Positions 1-10,072 of a stretch of 20,000 nucleotides of DNA are shown here, in pieces. The notes beneath the pieces are model-generated. The model had not been told where the DNA came from. It did no database searches and was given only the letters and a program-made list of their open reading frames with translations. Position 1 is the stretch's first letter; the number at the start of each line of letters is the position of its first letter. The stretch spans positions 179,682 to 199,681 of the forward strand of contig JALDZS010000021.1 of NCBI GenBank assembly GCA_022813965.1, written 5' to 3'. The stretch comes from Toensbergia leucococca (Eukaryota). The position numbers were made by a program, and so were the translations under genes.

Positions 1-2083
1 ACAAGATCAAGCGTGGAATGGCGTATAAGCTTTTTGGTGCTGTGGTCGAATACGGGAAGAGCTACCAAGGTATGCAAGAAATCGTGCTTGACAGCGCGCA
101 ACATGAAGCCACCGCTCAAATTGCCTTCCAAACCACGGAAAAGGATGGAAAGTTTTATTTCAGTCCATACTGGATTGATAGTCTTGGCCACATCGCTGGA
201 TTTATCATGAATGCCAACGACAGCGTGGATTCAAAGAGTCAAGTATTTTTGAACCACGGCTGGGATTCAATGCGCATCACTTCGAGCTTTTCGCCAGAGA
301 AAACCTATCAGGTATACAATAGGATGCAAAATGTTGGCGGAACTATGTTTGCTGGCGATACCTATATCTTTGACGAAGGTGTCGTGGTTGCAATCTACCA
401 GGGTGTTAGGGTCAGTGACTCCGAGCTTTATATTTTAATGCAGATACTGACCCAGTGTAGTTCCAAGGCCTCACCCGTCGAGTTCTAGATCATATTCTAC
501 CTCCTCCAAACTCCTCTAAAGCTCCATCAAAGGCGGTTCCTGCGCCAAAGCTGGTAGCTAGCGCAATCACTCATGCTCACACAGGACATAAGAAATCGAA
601 CACTGTTCAGAAGAGTGTGGTAGTTGCTGCGCCGGAGCACTTCGAGTCAAAGACTCCTGGCGTTGTAAATCAAGCTCTGTCTATTATTGCAGAGGAGACC
701 GGTCTTGCCATGTCGGAACTCGTACCTAGCAGCAGCTTCGCAGACTTCGGTGTTGACTCGCTTCTGTCCTTGACTATTACGAGCCGATTCCGTGAAGAAA
801 TCGAGTTGGATGTTGAATCTTCTTTGTTTGTTGACTATCCTACTGTTAAAGATCTGAGGAACTTCATTTGCGGTGGTCAAGACACACCAACATACACACC
901 ACCATCGACTCGCAATTCTACCAGTCCACCAACACCGGAATTAGACACGCTCTCAGAGGCATCTGATGACACTGATCAGACCTCTGTTGATGGTGATGAT
1001 ACAGGTGTTATGGCCACAATTCGTCAGACGGTCGCCGAAGAAATTGGGGTAACTCAAGAGGAACTTACGGGATCACTGGCTTTTAGTGATCTTGGGATGG
1101 ATTCGCTTCTGTCTCTGACGATACTTGGAAAGCTTCACGAAGTACTGGACATGGACCTACCTCTGAGTCTTTTTGGAGATAACAATAGTCTTGACGAGGT
1201 CGAGATGGCACTTGGCCTTGCGCAAAAGCCCGCCGTTGCTGTTCGCGACATCGTTCATGCGCCTGTGACGAGCACAGTGAGCCGCAGGACCTCTCCGATT
1301 CCTCAAGCAACATCCATCCTTCTTCAGGGTAATCCCAAGCTTGCTGCTAAAAAGCTCTTCCTCTTCCCCGATGGCTCCGGCTCTGCCACCTCGTATGCAC
1401 CCCTCCCACGAATTTCGTCTGACATTGTTGTATATGGCCTTAATTGCCCATATATGAAAACTCCTCAAGACATGAAGTGTAGCCTTGAAGAGGTCACTCC
1501 CCGTTACCTGGAAGAAATCCGTCGTCGGCAGCCCAGTGGTCCATACTACTTTGGTGGCTGGTCCGCCGGAGGTGTCTGTGCATTTGACGCTGCACAAAGT
1601 TTGGACCGAATTGGCGAGAAAGTCGATCGTCTAATTCTCATAGACTCACCCTTCCCCATCGGGCTTGAGAAACTACCACCGCGTCTCTATGACTTTTTCA
1701 ACTCGATTGGTCTTTTCGGAGATGGAAGCAAGGCTCCCCCAGCATGGCTGTTGCCTCACTTCCTAGCATTCGTGGACTCGTTGGATCTTTACCGGGCCAC
1801 ACCATTTGCGGCAGGGCATGGGCCGAAAACATATCTAATCTGGGCGCGCGACGGAGTATGCAAGTATCCTGATGATCCTCGGCCGAAGATGAATGCAGAC
1901 GATCCCAAGGAAATGAAGTGGTTATTGAACAATCGAACGGATTTTGGGTCGAATGGATGGGATCGATTACTAGGTAGTGATAAGTTGGTCATCGAGACCA
2001 TGGACAACGCCAATCATTTCACTATGATGGCTGGAGATAAGGTTGAAGAGCTGGGTGCTTTCATCCGGAAAGCGATGGACTAG
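1..2083 (+). CDS. Non-reducing iterative type I polyketide synthase, 3' part (PT-ACP-ACP-TE/CLC), WA/Alb1 (naphthopyrone/pigment)-like; exons <1-410, 461-2083; 5' end outside window
   Basis: PT-domain motifs SPYWIDSLGHIAGFIMN and VFLNHGWDSMR. Intron 411-460 (GTCAGT...TACTGAC...TAG) joins the two frames as GVR/FQGLTRR. Two ACP motifs (GVDSLLSL, GMDSLLSL). Thioesterase motifs LFLFPDGSGSATSY, GGWSAGG, NHFTMM. Stop TAG at 2081-2083. Confidence 0.95.
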
Positions 2084-2545
2084 ATGTTTTGTATTCTCCT
2101 TGTTGTGCCTAGACTTCATAGTCCCAGCAATGGGCAAAAGGCGTACATTTGGTCAATAGGTTTCATTTGGTATAGACTATATTATTTCTAGCTTTAGAAT
2201 CTAGATTGTATACATTGAACTTCTTATTATAGGACTGCGTCTTGGAAATTGCATTGTGATTCAAATAATCTCGAGTTGGAAAAAGCTCATTTGAACAGCG
2301 TTTGCTTTCCTGGTGACTGGAGGGAACATCTCTGGAGGTCAAAGATACCTCCAGTCGGCTGATAGTAAATGCAGACGCTTGCTTCTTACAGCAGGTTTAC
2401 AGATGAAGCCTAGAAAGGTAGCCATTGAAGTGAACCAGATCTCTTCCCGAGTACGCTTCGTTACAGCTCGGGAAATCGGAACGCTTTTTGACATGGTCAA
2501 AATGCAGTACACTGTGATATTCAGCTAATTGGAACGGGTTAGCCT

Positions 2546-2661
2546 TGTTCATCCCCGGATGCAAGCCACTGCCGGATGCAAATGCTAGCCTGATCAAAGT
2601 CAGCTAACCGAAATCGGGATGGGATATGCATCCGACAGTGGCTTGCATCCGGGGGTGAACA
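2546..2661. repeat. Inverted repeat / hairpin with 35-bp arms (2546-2580, 2627-2661) and 46-nt spacer
   Basis: TGTTCATCCCCGGATGCAAGCCACTGCCGGATGCA is the reverse complement of TGCATCCGACAGTGGCTTGCATCCGGGGGTGAACA with 2 mismatches. Confidence 0.9.
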
Positions 2662-3180
2662 CGATTTCCAAGAAGAACGAGGCTTGAAGCATGGCGACTC
2701 GTACACTAGGGGGGGGCGGCTGATTTCCTGCACCTCAGCTCCGTGGTCAATACGATGACTACCACAGCTCTAGATCATGGTTTGTTCATTGTCTCGGCCT
2801 TGCATCACTTCGGGTTGAGATGATTGCTATGAGTTCTGATACGATAGCCTGCGACGAGCAAATAGAACAAGATACCGATATAGATGGATTGTGCCATTCG
2901 CTCTGCGTTCACTCAAGACTAGAAATCTCCATTTCCAAGGCTTGAGTCATTTAGGAGACAGAAGACACTGATGAGAGTTGATCTAGTAGCATAGGTAGGT
3001 TGATGGATGATTGATAGATTTGCCCGAGGAGATGTGTGTAAGATCCATGTCAGACGGGTGCGGATCACTATTATCCGATACCCCTGAGGCTCTTCCGATA
3101 TCAAACTCTATTACCACTATTACCATGCCGCAGAGGTGCACATTAAGCCACAATAAGCCATTTGACAGCTGAGGTCTCAA

Positions 3181-3187
3181 TATAAAT
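3181..3187 (+). promoter_or_regulatory. Putative TATA box of the laccase gene
   Basis: TATAAAT about 275 bp upstream of the laccase ATG, followed by CT-rich sequence. Confidence 0.4.
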
Positions 3188-3457
3188 AGCAGAAAGACTT
3201 CTCGTTATCGTCTCCCTTCGCTGACCGTACTGTAAGTCCGGAAAGCAACCTTCGACCGCCACCTTCTCAGCTTCCTGTCCCCACATCTCTGGCAAGCACA
3301 AAGCCACAATTCCCGTTCGCTGTCCGAATCGCTCCAATGGAGAGAAGACGTACAATGAACGATCCCTACATAATGGAATCCTTAAGACGTAGGATTCTGC
3401 AGGTACCGAAATCCCTCAAAGATATACGAATCGTTCATTTTCCACCTGCAAGGTACC

Positions 3458-5869
3458 ATGAGGACGTTCATTAATCACTTGGCGAGTATTTGCAGCATCC
3501 TTGGGATCGCTACTGCGGGTACAGCTTCGCTGGGAACGCTGAGCGCAAATCCTCTTCCTCCTTTTCTAACCAATAATGTAAATTACGAACGCTGCAAATT
3601 TCCTACCACTAGAGTAATACTGATGAATTGGCAGCCTCTACCTAATGGCTTTCCGTGGGGTTCTTGTACCGCCAACAATACCTCTCCCAAGAACCCGCCA
3701 GTAACAGGCACCACGCGTTATTACGACTTCACCGTCAGGCGAGGAACTGCCGCTCCAGATGGCTTCCAAAAAAACGTGTTACTCATTAATGATCAATTCC
3801 CAGGACCCACTATTGAAGCTAACTGGGGCGACTGGATCCAAGGTAAGCGGCATTTTTAAGTTTTTGTTTCTAATCACCAGCTAATTTGGCATTTCCAAGT
3901 GACGTTGAGAAATCAAATCACTGGGCCTGAAGAGGGGACTAGTCTTCATTGGCATGGGTTGTTGCAAAAGGAAACACCATGGTACGATGGCGTACCCAGC
4001 GTATCCCAGTGTCCTGTCGCTCCAGGATCAACTTTCACGTAAGTCGGAACTCGCAATAATAACGAAGTAGATTGCTGAGAATGAAATTAGGTACCGGTTC
4101 AGGGCTGATGTCTACGGAACGACTTGGTACCATTCGCATTACTCGGCCCAGTATGCAGGCGGCCTACTGGGTCCACTCGTGATTTACGGTCCAAGCTATA
4201 TTCCATATGACTATGATCTTGGTCCAATCCTGCTGCAAGATTGTTCGTACTCATGGTAATCTCTGTTCTTGTCAAGATTGGACTAACAGCTTATATCAGG
4301 GTTCCATCTCGATTATTTTGCTCTGGTAGAACATGGTATGTTGAAAACTTGCCATTAAGAACTGTAAATTTTAATAAATTACTTCTAGCTATGAGCAACA
4401 TTACTTCTTTGCAATCGCAAGCTTCAGATAATACCTTGATAAACGGTAGAATGCCCTATAATTGCAGTTCGGCAGTCAACGGAACCTCTTGCAGTTCCAA
4501 CGCTTCCTATTCGAAGTACAGAGTAAAGGCTGGGAAGACCTACAGGCTCCGTCTGATAAATAGTGGTGCTGGTGGAATCCAGTATTTCAGTATCGATGAT
4601 CATTCATTGACCGTCATTTCCAACGATTTTGTTTACGTCGAGCCTTATAATACAAATTTTGTCACTCTCGGGGTACGAAGTCGGATTTCTTCTCTCCTCT
4701 CCGAAAAGGACCTTATGCTGACCGCCTCACACAGATCGGCCAGAGATCGGATGTTCTTTTCACACCGAAAGGTGGACCTAACGACACGTACTGGATGCGT
4801 ACACTCCAATCGGGTCTTTTCTGCGCAAGAGCTCGGCAGCCCGAGGGTCGAGCTGTAATCCTCCTGGACAATGCTCCAGAGGATACCATACCGAAAACCC
4901 TTGCCTGGCCGCCACCAATCGACGATCGCACCTGCAAAAATGTTTTTCTCCTCTCTGCGAATCTCCACATGGTCTATTGTAACTAACATCGTTCCCAGGA
5001 TCCCCTTAGCGTGACAATTCCATACTACCAAATCGCGCTCCCCGAGCCCTCAGTAACCTACCATCTCGTCATCAACGAAATTATCAACGCCACCGGCCAC
5101 AAACTCTACACCATGAACGGCTCCCCGTTCCAAGCCGACTACAGCGACCCCATTCTCCGCCTCGCTAACGAAAAAAACATCTCCTACCCCCACGACCCGC
5201 AATGGAACATCATCGACTTCGGCACAAACACCTCCATCCGCGTCAACGTCTGGAACAACTTCACCGCACCCCATGTACGTTCACTCGTGCCAAAACATCC
5301 TTCCTCCGCCTCCGCTCCCTTTCCCAAAACACATATATCTACAAAGCATAAATGATATCCCCCAAACTTACCCGTCATATGAGCAGCCAATGCACCTCCA
5401 CGGCCACGACATGTACATGCTACACGAAGGCCCGGGGCAATGGGACGGCACCACCATCATCAATCCGCAAAATCCCCAGCGGCGCGACACGCAGAATCTG
5501 ATCCCGAACGGGCACATGGTGTTTCAATTCGATGCGGATAACCCCGGCGCGTGGCCTTTTCACTGCCATATCGCGTGGCATTTGTCCATGGTATTATCCC
5601 CCCTCCCCCCCTCTCTCCTTTCCTTGATGCGATATTTTCTTCCATGCTGTAGTCTTACCCCCCCATCTATATTCTCTCATCCACCTAAAAACCCAGAGAA
5701 CATTCACTTATACTTTCTCGCGCGATTCAAGGGCCTCTCGGTAACATTTGTGGAGCGGCCCGCCGATATTCCCCAGCCTCAAATCCCGGGCATTATGAGC
5801 CAGACTTGTGATGCTTGGGACCGGTACTCCAGCCGGAATGTGGTGGATCAGATCGATAGCGGGTTCTAA
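3458..5869 (+). CDS. Secreted ascomycete laccase (multicopper oxidase, AA1), ~587 aa; exons 3458-3577, 3635-3842, 3900-4038, 4091-4242, 4300-4335, 4389-4672, 4735-4941, 4999-5274, 5387-5590, 5732-5869
   Basis: Hydrophobic signal peptide. All four Cu-binding signatures appear after splicing: [31 protein letters not shown]. Also [30 protein letters not shown] and C-terminal DSGF. Nine GT-AG introns keep the frame (exon sum 1764 nt). Confidence 0.93.
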
Positions 5870-6252
5870 CTTAAAAAGAGGAGGTGTATGATGAGCTTTG
5901 TATCAAAAGTTTTCAAGTGGAGGGATGGGTAGACGTTGCTTTATTCTGTTCTCTGTTTTTTTTTTCAAGCTTTTTGTGGGGGAGGAGAAGTGAGGGGTTG
6001 TTCTGACCGTCTTTATTTTCTGTTGGGTTGTCTTTTTTTCATTTTCTTGGTTGAGAGAGAGGGGGCAGGTGGCAGGTTTGTGCGTTGAGTGAGAATCTTT
6101 TTTTTTGAATTTTCTTGAGAAGGGGGGGGGGGAGATAAGATATACTGTTGATATTATTGTTGAAAGAAGTACACAGTAACGCTTTTTGTTTCATAATCTT
6201 ACAGTTTTTTTTTGTTTTGAATTCATAATATCTCTACACCCTATTTCAATAA

Positions 6253-7245
6253 TATATCAATTTACCCTTGAGCGCAGTAATGCTAGGCAGTGATTTGCTT
6301 TTCTTTGAAGCTTCATCACAAAACGCCGCCTTGCGCTGACCTGCTGGGAATGAGAAGCTCAAGAAAGGTGATGATCTCAGAACTGTTGTTTTCATTGACT
6401 CTGTTACCTGCTTGTTCCTCGGCGTTCAATGAGGAGGCTCAATGTATGACTGGCACAAGGCGCGGATCATAGTCTTCTTCATCGTCTTCAGCCTCGGAAT
6501 CATGGTCTGAATTTGAGTTCAGGCTCGGAAGAGTATCGACGCAACTATCTCTGCGCGCATCATTAGTCAGCGCAGCATTATGTTCGCCTCCTTCACCGCA
6601 TTCTGTATGGGCGGCACAATGATTAGCTTGCTCTACTACGTCGCCATATGGCTTTAAGCTGTAAAAGGTAGATCTGCCGTTGATTTCGGCTTCGATAGCA
6701 TCCCAATGATTCTGGGTCTGGTGACGAAATTGCTGATGACAGGCCATGCTACCAACTACGCTGGTCGCCATGCTCCAGACGTGATCGCTAGCGCTGTTGT
6801 GAGCTCCATTGGCTGTGGATTGTTCTTGACGTGGACGCCGAGCACGGAATGGATTGATTCCTAGGCTCTTTTCGGTCTAGGACAGGGTGAACGTTGGCAA
6901 CAGCCTTTGCTGATAGCTCAGACTCCACTGGAGAACAAAGACATCCCCACGGGCACAGCAACCATGTCAGGCTGTAATCTAGCAAGGGGCGCAATCTTCT
7001 TCTCTGTGGCTTCCAGTGTCTTCAACCACGGCTTAGTTGCGAATCTTGCAATAATGGGCCCATCACTAGATTCCGCTTCCGTCGTGGCAGATGGACTTTG
7101 AACTGAGGTTCCTACTAAGGTTCTCCGTCAAGTGGTGTTGGCGTATCATGGTGCTTTAAGGCAGGTGTTCACCATGTCTTTGGTGTTGCATTGTTTGGCC
7201 ATTGTAGGAGCACCTGGAGTTGAGTGGAGGCCTCTTGAGTCTTGA
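6253..7245 (+). pseudogene. Degenerate MFS drug/toxin efflux transporter (14-TM DHA2, AflT/AurT/ToxA-like), C-terminal part only
   Basis: One frame reads YINLPL...CLFLGVQ*GGSMYDW..ARII...IISQRSI...YYVAIWL*AVKGRSAV...QQPLLIAQ..L..KDIPTGTA...GAIFFSVASSVF...AYHGALRQVF...GVEWRPL, matching DHA2 consensus motifs. In-frame stops at 6430, 6508, 6514, 6655, 6862 and 7099. No N-terminal half or start codon. Confidence 0.88.
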
Positions 7246-7557
7246 CTGCGAAGGAAATGGCCACTGCCCCGGCGAGAAAATAGTACAAACAGCACAATCG
7301 ACGAGCGTTAAAGCGTTGAAAGATTCGGATTTAGCAGCCTGGTCGGCATCGAACTGAAAGCTGAGACGTGTCGTGTCCAGCGCATTTGAAGGAGGTTTAG
7401 CGCTCCGTTCAAACTTGCTGCGCTTCCATCGTCACATTGCCTATTTGAACTGCCTGCAATTTTCCAATACTCCATTATGTATCCTGAAAATCGCGAAGAA
7501 GATAGTGCTGGCATATCTCGTCTTTCGTTGTTTGTCAAAGAATAATTGTTCTTTTAG

Positions 7558-8752
7558 ATGGCGCTTCCTGGAGAACCAATCCTTCCTCCTCCCGACCCAC
7601 CTGATTTTATTGTATGTGATCGAGTCTACGGACTTCACCTTCGCACGCTGGACTGCTTGCTTGCGGCAAACAATAGCATAGCAGTTGGAGCCATTCCTGT
7701 CGAATGGCAGATAAACCCTTCTCCATACAACTATCAGTACAGAGTACCAGTACAACTAAGCATCGGTGAGTGAGATCGAGTGAGTCTCAACGACTCCAAG
7801 CGGTGGCTAAAACTCCACAGGTACATGCATCGTTGCCGTTGAGATGGTATTGAGACCTCCTCAGAACGGGGCTCCCATAACCATGCTTATCGCTCCCAAC
7901 GACATCCGAAGCCTAGCTGCAAAAGTCGTTCAGCAATGTGTGACACTACAAGGGGGGATCGGGGGGTTTGGGACGCTGGGTATAACCAGTTTGGCGGCCT
8001 TTGTGTCCACAGGTGCGACACCATGGAACACGCGAAGCTTCCCAATCTCTACCCGTTTCCTCACCGTAAGTGTGAGAAACACTTATACCCGTAGCCGACA
8101 ACCCGGCCGCTCAGATCCCGCAATTGCATTGGCTCTTGCCCAGAGTGCTCCAAGCTCAGTGGCATCTATTCCCGGGGAAAGACTCCTCTCTGCGTCTCAA
8201 ATTTGGTCTATGCAAGCGGAAGGAATGCAGAGAGGCAGTATTCGTTACTGGTATTCTAATGTTGCACTGGCCGCGGATATGACCTACCAATGTGATGCAA
8301 ATCTCGGGGCACCTTCGGTGGTAGACTGCACCCAGATTGAATGGAGTCAGCTCAATCCATCATTCAGCACGTTGGCTGTCAGCCCAGGCATCACAACGTT
8401 TCTGCATTCCAACACTTGCTATCTTGCCATCTCAGCGGTGGTATCCCTCGTAATTACCTGGGCGCAAATCCGAACCGCCGTGTCCACGTTGATAAACATG
8501 TGCATTGAAACTCCCTATCAGAATACACGAGGAGGCAGAGCTTACTACACGGCCTCACAAGTGATAGGAAATCCAGGTCGGAGAATGAGGCGGGACTCGG
8601 ATCTCACCGGTCTGAACGCACTTCCTCCGGGTATGAATGTTACGATGTTTGAACAAAAGGAGCCTTGGACAAATCCAGCTGCCGAGCTCTATACCTGTAC
8701 TTGGGAAGCAGTGTCAAGAGGGTCAGCGGTGTCGGCCTGCCCAAGTTCTTGA
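7558..8752 (+). CDS. Uncharacterised Cys-patterned protein (~379 aa) with two KP4/Ecp2-like repeats; exons 7558-7765, 7821-8752; true 5' end uncertain
   Basis: Intron 7766-7820 (GTGAGT...GCTAA...CAG) fuses the 71-aa and 302-aa ORFs in frame (SI/GTCIVAVEM). Two copies of a CD..xG....DC / TC / IR.....C...GG pattern. Polybasic RRMRR site. Confidence 0.75.
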
Positions 8753-9104
8753 ATCGGAGTGACTTAATTGTGAGATGCAAACACCTGTTGAGCGGTCCTA
8801 GCGTCTTCGAGTATGCGTGGTTCGAGTTTTAGGGCTGGAAAATTATGATAGACTCCGGATAAGGTACACCATCTCGATATCTCAAGCCTGGTGGTTTATT
8901 GCCAGAATCTAAGCCAATTTAGGCTAATCAAGGGAGGGGCACAGCCAAATAAGATTAAGGAGTAGTCACTCATCAATGATGACAAAAACATTCAAAGACG
9001 ATGAATTTTAATCAAATTTCCAAGTGATATCGCTATTCATGTAGCTCTAGCACACTAATCTTGGTGCTCTATTGAAGCGCTTCACGAGCTGCTTAGTCGA
9101 AAAG

Positions 9105-9125
9105 AGCAAGCAAGCAAGCAAGCAA
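9105..9125. repeat. (AGCA)5 microsatellite
   Basis: agcaagcaagcaagcaagcaa read directly. Confidence 0.85.
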
Positions 9126-9267
9126 ACTCACTCTCTATGCTAATTCAGACCATGGACCTCAGTGAGAGCTGAAGCTTTCTTTGAGCTACCACGTACAATC
9201 AAAGACGGAGCTAATCCCCGATTCGTCGCCCATTAGCGACTCTAGCGAGCAAACTGCAAAGGACAAT

Positions 9268-10072
9268 CTACTCTCCATACACTTTGACTCTCCCGTCGAT
9301 TGGCTTGAAGACTTTGTCTACACCACCTCTTGGAGGGCCATCAGGCGTCCCGAACACAAGCTGAGCTCGCAGACTCCATTCGGCTGGTACGTTCCACTCC
9401 TTGGCTACTCGGGCACTGATCCCTGGTTGGTAATGCTGAAGACTGCATCCAAGGCCCTCGGTGGCAAGAGCGGTCCAGACTAAGCTCCCTGTCAGCCTTG
9501 ACCCTCAATTTGGGAAGCAAGATCACTTACCAATGTACTGATTCATCCCGCTTGAATGCTCATTCCCTCGGATCAATGTCAGCTCAACAGCATATCAGTC
9601 GATTGAATTACCACGAGACGTACATTCGGGGTATTTTGCGCAAATACCGGCCAATTGTGGAGGCAGCTGTTTTGCCGACTCGGAATCTTCGAAGAACAAG
9701 ACCTACATTCATCAAGTAAAACTGGTTAGTAGTGTCTTTCAAAGAATTATGTCAGATAAGGGAGAGATCGATCAAACGAACAGTGCCATAGCCAGCGCGG
9801 AAGCCAGCGACTTTTGGCTCAATGGTGGTGAAAAGTGCCGGCGGCATGGTCTCTTGGGCAGATTCCCTGGCAAAGTCCCAAAGCTTCTCGTGCTCATTCT
9901 TGAAGAGGACGATGGCGCGACATGACTGGATATGGAAAGGGCTTGGGGCGTGGAGGATGGCGTGCTCAACGATGTCTATTATTTGCTTATCGGGTATGGG
10001 AGATTCCTTCTTGATAGCGATGATGGAGCGGCGGATTTTGGTGGCATCTAGAAATGAGGTGGTGGATGCCAT
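9268..10072 (-). CDS. Nitroreductase family protein, Frm2/Hbn1-like, ~205 aa; exons 10072-9782, 9702-9624, 9566-9531, 9479-9268
   Basis: Motifs RRSI, HAPSPFHIQS, AGYGT/VLFFED, WNEHSSGMNQY, VWTALATEGLGCSLQHY, WSLRAQLVFG, RVKVYGE*. Three introns give a 618-nt open frame. Confidence 0.92.

Noticed and set aside
2546..2661. Resemblance of GCCGGATG to enterobacterial REP elements, or to a CRISPR repeat
   Set aside because: Context is intron-rich fungal DNA, the match is only a short core, and there is no repeat-spacer array.
6253..7245. Alternative genetic code or stop readthrough rescuing the MFS gene
   Set aside because: All three stop types occur, the 5' half is missing, conserved residues are also degraded, and neighbouring genes use standard stops.
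8785..8835. tRNA-like fragments (GAGCGGTC..., GGTTCGAG)
   Set aside because: Spacing leaves no room for an anticodon arm and no acceptor stem pairs.
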